A DNA stretch of 64,000 nucleotides from a virus, in IMG/VR virus record IMGVR_UViG_3300049571_000582, positions 32,001 to 96,000 of that record; one strand, given 5' to 3'. The position numbers and the translations under genes are program-made. Of the stretch, positions 11,101 through 20,700 are shown one piece after another. Under the pieces are notes generated by a model. It worked only from the letters and a program-made list of their open reading frames with translations, searched no databases and was not told the DNA's origin. Every line of letters starts with the position of its first letter. The stretch's first letter is position 1.

Positions 11101-13349
11101 CCACCTCCGTCGCCGACCGGGAGGCCCGGATCTTCAACGTCACCGCGTGGGACACCAAGGGCCTCGCCGCCGATGACCCCGACTACAAGAAGTTCCACCC
11201 CTGGTCGCTCTGCCGCGCGAGCGTTGATCTTGTTCCCGACGGGCCGATCGTCAACCCCGCCCCGCAGGAAGCGGCGGGATCCTTCTGGCAGGTCACATCG
11301 GACAAGCGGGATTCGCAGAGCTTCGAAATGGATCTTCAGCAAACGCCGCTGGAGCTCTCGCGGAGGGCGTGGCGGCACCAGTCCCCCACGATCGATTCGT
11401 CACAGGCGGTCTGCCCGAATGTCGCCGGCTGCTTTGTCGCCCAGAAGGGCTGGACGGTGGGGCAATTCTATGAGCGGGCAACGTCGACGTGGGGAATGAA
11501 CATCATCCCCAGCACGACCTCCGACCACTGCGCCAACTGTGGCACCAAGCTCGTGGGCGTTCAGTATCTCGACGGAGACGGGATCACCACCTGCACCTAC
11601 GACACCTCGTGGGAGCCCAACCCGCTGGTGAGTGCGATCCAGATCTCCTCCAGCGATGGAACCGCATCAAGCCCGCGGCATGGCTTCTCCATCGAATACT
11701 TCAACTCGCAGGCACAGGCATGGAGGCCCCTCTTTGAGGTCGACTACGACCTGGGGACCCACAAGTACGTCTACCGCCAGTGGTCGGGATCCGCCTGGCA
11801 GTCGGTGAGCTCCGACACGCTGCCCGTCACGTTCGTCGGGGTTGAGGGCGTGGGCGTGGATCCCAAGTTTGCAGCGCCGGCGACGGGTGCCCACTTCGTG
11901 ATCGTGGCGGCGTCAAAACTCCGCTGCAAGGTGGCCCGGCCGGATGTTCGCCAGCAGGCATTCCCCACCGACGGCAGCTTCGCGTCGTGTGTTCCGGACG
12001 CAGCCACCAGCTCCGTGGTGGTCACGTCCCTTCCGGGCAACCCTGCGGACTTCGTGCAGCGGTCGATCACCCTCAAACGCACCAACGGGACAACCCGCGA
12101 CATGTACATCCTTGGCGCGGAGGTGGTCGCCAACTCCTCGCCCCAGCAGGTGCGGCTCACCCTTGCCGCCGCCGTCACCGCCGAGGACACCGCGTGCAAG
12201 ATCGCGTGGACGGAGTATCGCACGGTCATCTCGAAGTTCCGGGTCTTTGGTTGGCCCTACCGCACCGGCGATGTGACGATCACGCCGCCGGCCATCAGCC
12301 AGCCGGTGTATTTCTCCGCCGGAAACAACGCCTTCCGGCTCAACACCTGGGCAACGAAGATCCTCCGCGTGGAAGCATCCACCGGCGATCGCCTGGGCAT
12401 CATCCTCCAGCGTGCCGAGGGCATGGATGAATCGTTCCTGTGGCAGGTGGTCAAAGACACCTACGATGCCCCGCACCTGGAGATTTCCGGCGGCCAGTTC
12501 TACTTCGACAGCGAGAAGAACCAGATCATCCTCCCCACCCAGTACGCCGACCCCGACACCGGCGAACTCAAGAACATCTGGGAGATGAACAACGAGCTGT
12601 ACAGCGATCCCGCTTCCGACTTTGACCTGAGCACCCAGCCGCGGCAGCTTCGCGTGGAATACATCTGGGGCACCGGCGTCAAGATCGATGTGCCAGTGGT
12701 CGCCGCCGGCACCGGCCCCAGCTACCAGGTGGACAAGGAGGCGGTCTGTTTCATCGCCGGCCACGGCACCGACAACGAGGACATCCCGGGCTTCGTCCAG
12801 ACCAATGCTTCCCAGGTCCTTCCGGACATGGGGTTCTCGGAAAAGATCTCCACGAATGGGGGAAATCCCTGTCGGCTCTACTGGCAGGCCTACAACCACG
12901 AGCCCCTGGTCTGGGACCGCAGCCTCGGCTGGCTCGTGGGTGACGAGCTTGGCCCCGGGGCCTCGGACGACGAGAGCGTCCTGAGCGTCTTCTCCGGCGG
13001 CAATGGCAGCGACCTGTCCGAGATCGGCCCGGGCGGTGCCCTGACCGGAAAAGCCAACGGCAAGATCAGCCTTTACGGCCTGCCAAACACGATTCTCTCC
13101 GGCAACCTCGCGGTTTATGCGAAAGCGTTTACGTCCCGGACGTACCATCTACCAGACGGACAGATTGTTCAGACGGCCGAACGCACGGGCGGGTTCCGCT
13201 CCGGGGCGTTTGTCTTCCGTCTGACGATCAATGAAAACGTCGCAAATGGACGAAAAGGCGTGAGCTGCGGTGTTCCCCGCGTGCTCGTTTACATGCGGGA
13301 AAGAGACTTGGACCCGACCAAGGACTCTGCCCCGCTCCGGACTGGATAA
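5160..13349 (+). CDS. Giant (2729 aa) putative virion/tail protein with several Cys clusters and a discoidin-like region
   Basis: 8.2-kb ORF with strong GC3 coding bias, W/Y/C-rich, in a structural cluster. Confidence 0.7.
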   Translation: MPNPTAYQQENWYWSDGSGFQFDLPPKDVKIGWTNTLVGDIYDVPALPWTSFAPAYTGWTNWVDKFQPDYRFAATSDANAICQLFPEVSDPWMFTEYVFEGTGSEDAATAAAAVGIVEPPLAMPHRLLRQFINGAISESQPQFLNETPTTFVPGEQRFAFEQDYRWQSKAGTHKTYYESELNIMGWQELVDGQVNTEFTRLDEYRRRIAFLHPSNNAGVALNRVKVWANSTRWGQSQNVPARTLNMTAPADFVRAKDMATDKIVSHVQIIKGEPIYDNADKIGGQGSIYYQSITVGEWNWASQKIGMMAVSPTGQVGVPDANFVYDVPANVSQTTPLVMPKQPENPNSEPAYEWVDKRYDTGALVHRGCAFWKGSDGTVTCDYAAQRMSTFVRSEQSQAIDAGAGQTVISLSAPAATTDTVVEVMVSDASSGPWVIASAGGWDAVPTSSGGSVTAITMTPSGGSTPKTHARIRVLAKNRPIPDPGLCSFYDPDAKDKKAAYRSRAGSSACPYYTAQGQRIVATYQGIASNGAEWANMQRGLPAGYKKSPIETSQGQSLNEFTGGTGGIGGGVVAGLAGAYLANVQTPDPYTAGVPKDDTIHYDVTFGPETIPVAGKQQYYDTKTGAPPRVDPESKLLLRAGTGYHMIDWKEEEAYGGVDTVFFGFVNQINYRLMHSVQHCYRTDKCNPIILGGSPAPGWRRGRYSGVNFTNHPLRPPGYPAFDGSKLHCHYGNHRCPKQNTDRRAVEYSHNYQLLIDEILLPFRTGGLEAFGFLVEKFIENGQIVDLSPETLPDHPTAICVAVTPDSSVPALLGHYQPVVKDASNNAWRVFFWYDLPSWDPSHRRSRVFAHIVQFNDSDEACYADTAVMPDPDKQALALMYGDASKVPWLVEISEDYVAPLGNAIFATNPLPTAGGRNPEYKDLTKRGQEIIVQNAGDLEDVGASGRTATNQFGGPLDNVVAVGAKTRISYWVDKDGEFILKAMPIVDTAVAPTIPSQPPPYVPVEARIYNHPKYFNGAAPIAGEPHTSIQRDASDDGSDPGVNIAQSNYAATGHTYTTDTAALLHWFTQAAYVDEDGVPVSNWETLVQSVTAPDEEGNYPHIGVPSFAPDLLPLERNWYECSKCKVDFSEEEVKFFQQHPQLAVMPDSPPPGAACGCPRGCGGALMNRGAYTHILDTRSRGQIDVWAPPGSTVRRDGFFWKNPTLVSRLHQDQIFHKLGTYNPNGGGYDFSHVDTSVNVMGAMPHTISQFYNAGLNRQLTAPWATKGDSVADVRSRVELALDISAGDVARIHRVGEPTSLPVATGDEGSTTLNQGDAVVFWRTDPRGLVQLTQPIVAVGGPSTLLMNESIVQSDTPRPIRDSFADDDLGERLYRDAIRQWMIGVVQDSLYLWGTAANVGMSENLMAEQLTARGLPTDAAHSFDPKTGETIHVDERVQAPYAQTPDTALGMISIPGLKRLRNRVIPMLAYDLTDPGYTAGGDYVQTQQAGYADRTTRIARKLPIRKWGSIPPQVMAATETGKDYYVEWEVGDILGSTARAYYPVGTTWWRMNQMVGQIKRSGGTNPLHLDDSTESHGIPYTGDVITSVCAFFLHGKIPMHMEVVKAYLVYTNGPGPSAAPLGCQGRYTGYTAVQHEDGPNWDNKEFVGHRSCFFQHYHPWTMETQHEADHGDYAYWDARAKLHTDTYTTWEMRNELPPPAPQSDLAIVPQAGELPADEAYNPWMELDDQHYYYDHVDLLQMQFVDMQFGFGFTQPFFNEWSWGQDITQKVTEYQVWKDIDFAKYDELKERYHTIVKAAVNTTESIQTFDYYAPEFRNSVWARENQGIVGWIDYSSYANSSRFGKKISEEIQRTDASWANGPQIIVQAASDGGNNTQQAGDAERALDITATVRRLYNDRVARFYQCQLGWGLDQLKVEIPKLTDTNLAQAPRMHTGYNEPQFFINYRYIDATYGMWLNDPWHHPQTVGDVVIPPSPDGDPISTSVADREARIFNVTAWDTKGLAADDPDYKKFHPWSLCRASVDLVPDGPIVNPAPQEAAGSFWQVTSDKRDSQSFEMDLQQTPLELSRRAWRHQSPTIDSSQAVCPNVAGCFVAQKGWTVGQFYERATSTWGMNIIPSTTSDHCANCGTKLVGVQYLDGDGITTCTYDTSWEPNPLVSAIQISSSDGTASSPRHGFSIEYFNSQAQAWRPLFEVDYDLGTHKYVYRQWSGSAWQSVSSDTLPVTFVGVEGVGVDPKFAAPATGAHFVIVAASKLRCKVARPDVRQQAFPTDGSFASCVPDAATSSVVVTSLPGNPADFVQRSITLKRTNGTTRDMYILGAEVVANSSPQQVRLTLAAAVTAEDTACKIAWTEYRTVISKFRVFGWPYRTGDVTITPPAISQPVYFSAGNNAFRLNTWATKILRVEASTGDRLGIILQRAEGMDESFLWQVVKDTYDAPHLEISGGQFYFDSEKNQIILPTQYADPDTGELKNIWEMNNELYSDPASDFDLSTQPRQLRVEYIWGTGVKIDVPVVAAGTGPSYQVDKEAVCFIAGHGTDNEDIPGFVQTNASQVLPDMGFSEKISTNGGNPCRLYWQAYNHEPLVWDRSLGWLVGDELGPGASDDESVLSVFSGGNGSDLSEIGPGGALTGKANGKISLYGLPNTILSGNLAVYAKAFTSRTYHLPDGQIVQTAERTGGFRSGAFVFRLTINENVANGRKGVSCGVPRVLVYMRERDLDPTKDSAPLRTG

Positions 13350-13364
13350 AGGAGGGGGTGTCGC

Positions 13365-14471
13365 ATCGCTGTTCCGTACATCAAGATCTACCAGCTCCCT
13401 CAAGGCTACGTCGAAAACGCCGATTCCGACATTCAGTTTCTCAAAGACGATGAACTGGTCTCGATCGTCCCGAAGCTGGAGCTTCTCAAGGACGTCCGTG
13501 ACAAGTCCCCCCTCGTCGGGGCCATCCTCTCCGACAAGCTGCCCCTGATCTGCTTCGATCATGCCGCCGGCGCGGTGACCGAGAACCTCGTCGCCCACCC
13601 CACCAAGGCCGGCGTGTTTGTCCCCCAGACCACCTCCTGGTCGACGGTCATGTACGAGACCGTTGGCGTGTTTGCCGCCGTTGTCCGCAACGCCCTCAAC
13701 AACGTGATGGATGCGACGGAATTCACCTTCACCGCCGACGGCGTGAGATTCACAGCGACGGCGGGCACCACCATCCAGTTCTACAAGAAGGCGGCCATCG
13801 GATCCTCCGACACGTTCGCATTCCTTGGCGACACGTTCTACCGCGGGGCGAACCCGGTGTGGAACCGCCTGCTGCTCTCGATCGACAATGGCCCATGGGG
13901 CATCTATACCCGGCCCGCCGATGGCGTGGGGTACCTTCAAATCTCCAGCGTCACCGTGGGGGTCGTCGCCACCTACGCCGTCACCTCGACTCGGGCCAGG
14001 CAGTTCATCAGCCCCGACCAGAACTGGGTCACCGAGCACTGGCGCATGTGGCCGGACGTGTTCGTGGGCACCTACGACTATCCGGGCGACACCTACCAGG
14101 ACAGCAATGCAACGCCCGTCGAACCCGGACCCATGCCGCTGTTCCGGGATCCTGGCACCTACTCGCTCAACGTGCGTGACGGCGTCGTGGAATTTCCCGA
14201 ATGGATCGATTCGACGGCCAACCCCGTCCGCGCCAACTATGCCCACCTCGCCGGCGTCGACAATGTCACGGGGATGAAACTCGACGTGGTCGCGGGGTCA
14301 AGCAACAAGAAGTTCAAGGCGGCCACCGAGACGCTCTTTACAGCCGCCCACGGGAAAAGAATTGTGAATCGCGATGACCCGTACACGCCGATCAATGTGT
14401 ACGTCAACGGCGTCTTGTCGCCGCAGGAAATCCCGATCGCACCTTATGACACTCTCGAGGTGATCCGATGA
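13365..14471 (+). CDS. Putative virion structural protein, probable ATC start
   Basis: Frame is open from 13350. AAAGGAGG at 13348-13355 precedes in-frame ATC at 13365; the first canonical start (GTG) is at 13575. Confidence 0.6.
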   Translation: MAVPYIKIYQLPQGYVENADSDIQFLKDDELVSIVPKLELLKDVRDKSPLVGAILSDKLPLICFDHAAGAVTENLVAHPTKAGVFVPQTTSWSTVMYETVGVFAAVVRNALNNVMDATEFTFTADGVRFTATAGTTIQFYKKAAIGSSDTFAFLGDTFYRGANPVWNRLLLSIDNGPWGIYTRPADGVGYLQISSVTVGVVATYAVTSTRARQFISPDQNWVTEHWRMWPDVFVGTYDYPGDTYQDSNATPVEPGPMPLFRDPGTYSLNVRDGVVEFPEWIDSTANPVRANYAHLAGVDNVTGMKLDVVAGSSNKKFKAATETLFTAAHGKRIVNRDDPYTPINVYVNGVLSPQEIPIAPYDTLEVIR

Positions 14472-14770
14472 CGCCCCAGGCGATTGTCGAATTGCTCAAT
14501 GACCTGCTCGCCACCGATCCGGCGGCGATGCACTCGCTGGTCGGCATGGCCGTCCCGGTCAACGAAGCGATGCTGTCGCACCCGACGGCCATGTGCCGGG
14601 TCCGCAACAGCCTCATGCAGTTCCCGACGTTTGGCGTTCTGGGGCTGCTCTCGACGATCGTGCAGATGGATGGACCCTTCGTGGTCGAGGCGATCTTCGA
14701 TGACGCCACCCACTGCATTCGGGAATTCAAGGTTGGAAAGATCGACGCACCGCAGGGGGCAACCTGCTAA
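14468..14770 (+). CDS. Hypothetical phage protein
   Basis: ATGA overlap with the upstream gene; coding-like composition. Confidence 0.65.
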   Translation: MTPQAIVELLNDLLATDPAAMHSLVGMAVPVNEAMLSHPTAMCRVRNSLMQFPTFGVLGLLSTIVQMDGPFVVEAIFDDATHCIREFKVGKIDAPQGATC

Positions 14771-14785
14771 TTGGCCGGGGGATCC

Positions 14786-17776
14786 ATGAGCATCACCGTA
14801 AGTTCAATCTCTGTTGTTCAAGGCACCGGCAGCTATGTCATGCAGTCCGTGCTGGAGGTGACTTACACCCTCGCCGCCGACGGATCCAACGCTGACCACC
14901 TCTTTGATCTGGAGGCACAGTTTCAGCTCACGACAGCGCTGCCCGCGTGGCACACGGCCTACCTGCATCCCAATCCCCCCGCCGCCGACGTCGCCCAGAC
15001 ATCGGTGTCCCCGGGCACCCACAAGCTGCTGATCCGCGTGCCCACCAGCCTTGACCAGGCGGGGATCGCAAGCCCCTATGCCAACTACACCGCCCAGCTG
15101 CTGGTGCGGGTGCGGGCCAAGGACACGACCACCAACGAATACTCCGCCTACGCCCAGAACACCTCCGCGGTCGACCTCAAGGCCAAGAAGCCCCAGATGA
15201 CCGCCGCGACGATGCCCCAGTGGATCGGCAACATCGGGACCCCCGTTCCCTACATCGCCGTGCCCATCACCCTGGGCGGCAATGATGGGGCCACGCCGAC
15301 CACCGGCGATCCCTCGTTCTACCGCGTCTCCCAGGATCTCTCGAACCTCGCCGACGGCGTGGGCCCCTTCACGGTGTGGGAAACCACCGGCGAGTTTGCC
15401 TTCAGCTACAGCGATGCCGACGGCGAAAAGGTCGTCTACGCCAAGTGCTATGACCAGTTTTACAACTCCTCGGACGCGATGGAGTTCACCTACTCCGGCA
15501 CCGCCGGCGAATATCCCTACCTCCAGAAAGCACGGCCATCGAAGACCCGCATCCGGTTGGTCGGCTCGGCGGGCAACGAAGATTACACCGGCATTGCCAT
15601 CAGCGAGAACGGGAGCTTTTCCGCGGATCGCAGCTGCAAGCTCTATGTCTCGGCCGAGTCCCCGGTCCCCATGACCTTCCGCATCCTCCCCCAGTCCGAC
15701 GTGGAAGCCGCGGCGAATGTGAACGTGGACATCGATTATCAGCCGGCCAACGTGCTGCAGATCGTGCACCTGACAACCAATCCCCTGAGCCCCTCCGACG
15801 ACGACAAAGACATGGACGCGACGGTGACCGTCGTTGTGTCCGTCGCCGATGCGGCCGGGAACGGCGACACGCTCTATGCCTCCATCCGCCTCAACACCCG
15901 CCTCTACGCCTCCCACTTCAAGCCGCTCAAGGCGGAGGACGCCAACTACCGCCACATGCTTCGGGAAGTCGGAAGCAGCGGCAACGAAGCAACCATCCCG
16001 CGCAGCACCCTGGTCTCCGACCGCCCGGTTCGCGCGTGGCCCGACATCTTTTATCCCTCCAGCCACAGCTACCCCACCGACGCCTTTGGGCAATTCGACG
16101 AGGCCGCGGCCATTGCCATGAATGGCGTGTCCAATTCCATGTTCGACGCGGTGACCCTGCAAGCGAGCACCGCGGGCATCAACGGCAGTGGCAAGGTGGT
16201 GGTGTATGACGATCAGGGGCGGCCGGTCACCAGCGGCTGGACCTCCGATGGATCGAAGAACTACCAGGGAATGCTTTCGTCCAGCGTCGCGAACATGACC
16301 TACTGGACGATCGACAACGACGGCTTTGGCGACTTCGCCCTGGACTTTGAATACTTCGATCTCGACCCCAACGCCTACGGCCCCCCATTCAACCCGCTCT
16401 CGCCCTATCGCGGCGACGTGCTGTGCATCTATGACGCGACCACGCCAGGTGCGATGAGCGTGGCAGTGGATCCGGCTACGGGACGAAAGCAGTACACCCT
16501 CGCCGACTCCACGAAGCTCAAGCTCCTCATGGCATTCACCGGCGGAGGCACCCACGTGATGGACCTCGTGTCGCGGAAGATCGTCAACGCCAACACGCAG
16601 GGCGGCTTTACCACCGAGGTGATCCGCGGGATCCCGCAGGTGGTCATGATCCTCTACACCGACGCCGACGGCGAGAGCGCCGGGTTCAAACTCAAGAGCG
16701 GACCGCGGCATGACCACGAGTGGACCAATTACGACGTCGACGAGAAGAACGGTCAGTTCTGGGTGCACAAGCATGAAACCCTCGGCACCGCCCCGGGGGC
16801 CTCGGACGACACGACCAAGCGTTTGATCGGCACGTATCTCAGCAGCGATGTGACGATTCACCACGACACAGGTGAGATCGAGTTCGCTGTCGCACCGGTT
16901 GGCACGGTCACCGCCGATTACACCTACTACACCTCGGACACCTTCCCCACGACGACGCTGATGGCCAGCAAGGACGACATCGTTCATTACAGCGAGCCGG
17001 AAGTGTACATCCTGCAGGCCGGGGAATCGGTGCCCAGCGATACGACCCGCAACGCGATCTTTGAGATTGACGGCTTCGGGAGAATCACCACGGGCATCAG
17101 CTGGAACAAGGATGCGGGCCTCGTCGAATTCGAGGACATCTCCGTGCTCCCCACCGGCCGGCGTCTGTGCGCGGAATTCCACCACCACACCTACAAACGC
17201 ATCAGCAGCGACGGCTTTGGCGACCTGACGTTCAATGACTCGATCCTGGTTGCGGACAACACGCCTTCGTATCCCGACTACACCTTCACCGACATCAAGA
17301 TGGTCAACGAAGGCGACGCGATGATCGAGACCGGAAAGATGGTCTTTGTCGCCCGCGGCTTTGACACCAACGGCGATGGCGTGGTGCTGGTGCCGGGCAT
17401 TGATCCGCAATACCCCACCCCCGAAAGCATCGTGGACCGGGTGCTGGACATCAACCGCCCCTGGGATGTTCAGCGCGGCACCAAGGAGGAGACCTACGAC
17501 GTGATGGCCTGCGCCTTCTCGTCGAGCTTCATCTGGACGCGGGCATGCCTCAAGAGTGGCGGCACCGATGCCTCGAACACCTCGGCCACCGGGATCCTGG
17601 GCACCTGGAAGAACAAGAGCTTCGGGAACATCCCCGCTCGCGGGCATCTCTTTGGCCGCGTGGTGTGGGTGCTGGGCGGGACCTCGGGGACAAGCTATCC
17701 CCAGAAGACCACCGCCGGCCCCAAACGCTGCAGCTTCGAGGTTTCGGGCAAGTATTACGTGCCTCCCACCATCTAA
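14786..17776 (+). CDS. Large virion protein with Ig-like beta regions and a CUB-like domain
   Basis: GGGGG RBS then ATG 14786. YWTID...LDFEYFDLD...DVLCIYD...LLMAFTG...LYTDADGESAGF matches the CUB pattern. Confidence 0.65.
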   Translation: MSITVSSISVVQGTGSYVMQSVLEVTYTLAADGSNADHLFDLEAQFQLTTALPAWHTAYLHPNPPAADVAQTSVSPGTHKLLIRVPTSLDQAGIASPYANYTAQLLVRVRAKDTTTNEYSAYAQNTSAVDLKAKKPQMTAATMPQWIGNIGTPVPYIAVPITLGGNDGATPTTGDPSFYRVSQDLSNLADGVGPFTVWETTGEFAFSYSDADGEKVVYAKCYDQFYNSSDAMEFTYSGTAGEYPYLQKARPSKTRIRLVGSAGNEDYTGIAISENGSFSADRSCKLYVSAESPVPMTFRILPQSDVEAAANVNVDIDYQPANVLQIVHLTTNPLSPSDDDKDMDATVTVVVSVADAAGNGDTLYASIRLNTRLYASHFKPLKAEDANYRHMLREVGSSGNEATIPRSTLVSDRPVRAWPDIFYPSSHSYPTDAFGQFDEAAAIAMNGVSNSMFDAVTLQASTAGINGSGKVVVYDDQGRPVTSGWTSDGSKNYQGMLSSSVANMTYWTIDNDGFGDFALDFEYFDLDPNAYGPPFNPLSPYRGDVLCIYDATTPGAMSVAVDPATGRKQYTLADSTKLKLLMAFTGGGTHVMDLVSRKIVNANTQGGFTTEVIRGIPQVVMILYTDADGESAGFKLKSGPRHDHEWTNYDVDEKNGQFWVHKHETLGTAPGASDDTTKRLIGTYLSSDVTIHHDTGEIEFAVAPVGTVTADYTYYTSDTFPTTTLMASKDDIVHYSEPEVYILQAGESVPSDTTRNAIFEIDGFGRITTGISWNKDAGLVEFEDISVLPTGRRLCAEFHHHTYKRISSDGFGDLTFNDSILVADNTPSYPDYTFTDIKMVNEGDAMIETGKMVFVARGFDTNGDGVVLVPGIDPQYPTPESIVDRVLDINRPWDVQRGTKEETYDVMACAFSSSFIWTRACLKSGGTDASNTSATGILGTWKNKSFGNIPARGHLFGRVVWVLGGTSGTSYPQKTTAGPKRCSFEVSGKYYVPPTI

Positions 17777-17797
17777 GGAAAAAGGCTTAGACACACC

Positions 17798-20700
17798 ATG
17801 GCAACGGTTCGGCCGGACATTCTCGTGAAGGTCGGGTCCGGTCCGCTCGACGCTGTTGGCGAATGGGCGGCCGTGGACACCCCCACGCCCTACGTTGAGT
17901 GGTCCGCCCCGCTCCTGAACCAGTTTCGCTTCTCGGTGAAGATTGCATGCGTGGAATCCGGTGCGACTGCAGTCGCCACCAGCGGGCCGCGCACGGGAAC
18001 TGACCAGCATTTCCGTTTCCCCGTGGGCGTGGGAATGGGGCCGGGGTTTGCCGGCCTTTGCACCGTCGAAGTGGCCCTCAGCCAGAACTCCACCGGCGAC
18101 TTCGAATTCATCTCGCCGCCTTTCTACTTCGTCTACGATCCCTACACCGAAAATCTTTTCCGGGCACGCAAACTCACGCTGCGGTTCAATCCTGGTGATG
18201 ATCCCGATGCCTTGCCGCAAAATGGGGGACGCCAATATCACGCGCAGGTGGCGTCGGATCCTCTGTTCATGAACGTGCTCTGGGAGAACAGCGCCATCGC
18301 CGCCGGCCCCGCGGCCGAGGTGTCCTACGACGTTCCTCAGGAAGATCTCACCCTTGAGACCAACCGTATCTACTTCTTCCGCGTGCGCATGTCCGACGGC
18401 CTCGATTTTGGCGACTGGTCGATCGTCAATGCCTTCCGCAATTTTCAGGATCTGCCGCCGGTTGTGCGGTTCGTCTCCGTGGGTCCCTCCACTGGCGACG
18501 CCGGCGACGTGCTGATCACCTTCGACATCGACGACGCCGCGCGGGTGCCGGCAAGCGTCGAGTTCTACTACGTCGATGGAACTGGTCCGGGAGACCGACA
18601 GCCCCTGAGCCTCGTGGAGTCCGCCGGTCACCTGATGCCTGGACGCCACAGCGTCACGTGGCGGACCATGAACCAGCTCTCCCGCAGCAAGCATGACCAG
18701 ATCATGCTCTTTGCGCGGGCACGGGATTCAAGGAACTACGGCCCAGAGGCGGCATTTGGCCCGGCGGTCATCGACAACTCGGCGATCCCCGTGCCCGTGG
18801 GCGGCATCGGCACTGACCGCTGGAGATTCTCTGTGGCCGGCTGGGCCGCCAATCCCGGCAAGTCGCTGGACCTTGACCCCGTCGACATGCCCGTCCAAAT
18901 GGCCATCGGCGACGATGCCCTGAATGTCGATCAGCAGTTGCCGGTGGCGGCGGGGCAGGTGTGGAAGCCCAGCACGTACGACCAGGTCCTCCCAACGCAG
19001 ATGCCGACCCTTGTCGACAGCATCCTCCACATCGCCGGCCAGGGGCTCTCCCCACTCGACGGGGTCTACGTTTGGGTTCCCCAGCAAACGCCCGATGGTC
19101 CGGGGGCCATGACCAAGAAGCTCGACCATTTCCTCCTGCAGACGCCCACCGGTCCGGTGCGTTTGCCGGCGACGGTGACGACGGTTCATGGCACCACGGC
19201 GATCAATGAAACCAGCGTCACTCGCCAGTTCGACGGTGGCTGCGTTGCCACCACGGGCACCTACCCCGGCGGCATCACCGCGGACATGAACCCGATCGAC
19301 TTTCCCGCCCGCGGCATTCTCTGGCGGTCCGAAGCCCTTTCGCTCTCGGGTCCTGTCGCCGGCGAGACGGCCCAGCCATTCAACTATTTCTTCTCTGGCA
19401 TCTCCCCCGACAGCCACCCCGGCCACGCCCTCCAGCCCCGCCCCGGCCAGCTGGGCGGCTTTCGCGTCTCGGGCTCGCTGGGTCGCTCGTGGAGCACGGT
19501 GGATCTGGGCTTTGCGTTTCTCCAGGCGTACTGGGACGCCTACAACACCGTGCACTGGCGGGCGACGGCATCCGAGACCTCCTCGGTGCGGATTCAGTTT
19601 TGCCGGGTGCTCGACGATGGCAGCGAGCCCGTCTTCATCGACGTTCGCGGTGACAATGCCGCCTTCTCTGAAGAGACCGGCCGCTGGATCACCGACCCGC
19701 TGGTGTTCAACATCTACTGGGACACCTCCGACCGCACGGCGATCCCCAGCGGGGGAACCTACCGGCTGCGGATCCGCCAGTGCGACCCGAAGTCACGCAC
19801 CATCGGCGACTGGGTGTACAGCAGCGACTTTCAAATCATCAACGGCATCACCAACCCCGTCAGCATTCTCAGCGAGATCTATGAGCCGTGGTCCAAGACG
19901 GTGACGATCGAGCTTCGATGCGACAGCAGCACGGGGGAGTATTACACCCTCACCAACTTCTGGTACTCCACCGATGACGGGTTCACCTGGAAACGCATCA
20001 GCATCGGCGACATCTCCGGGGCCCGCGCACATCTTTCCAGCCTCCCCGGTGAGAACCGGCACGTGATTGTTTGGGACACCAGCGGCTACAACGTGAGCGC
20101 CTCCAACAACGTCCGGGTGAAAATCGCCTGTGCGCCCGCAGAGGCCCTTTCGGCGATTCAGGTGCCCTTCTTCAAGTGGCTCACACCCGCCAATCCCTAC
20201 GTCGACGCCGCGGAAAGTCAGGCCGTCGATCTGCTGGGCCGCTGGGAAACGCGGGTCTACGATCCCGCCACCGGGACCATCGTTCCGGCGGTCCCGCCGG
20301 TGCGGGTGCCTGGAACCCTGACCATGCTCCAGCAGCAGGCTGAAGGGGTCCGGCAGGATCCATCGACGGGAGCACCGCAGGGGGCCTACAGCTTTTTGAC
20401 GCCCGATGCCAACGGCTTGATCACTGGAAAGAGCTGGCCCGGCGGCGGGGGGAGCCGGTGGGCCGTCGCCGACCAGGACGGATACAAGGCATGGCTGGCG
20501 GCTCCCTTCACGCCGATCGAGACCCACGCCCAGGCCCTCTCCCGCATCAGCCAACAGATGGACTACATCACGGCTGTGCAACTTCCCGCCCTTCAGAAAA
20601 CCATCGCCGCCGGCGAGAAGCGGGTGCGCAAGCGGCTCATGGATCAGGGATACTTCGCCGAGGAATTCTTCCCGGTCATCAATGGCAAGATCACCGAGAC

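Noticed and set aside
5574-18694. Very long antisense ORFs (963, 772, 411, 365 and 1296 aa)
   Set aside because: They mirror the sense-strand giant genes. High GC3 suppresses antisense stops, and the translations are V/G/R/D-rich with no motifs.
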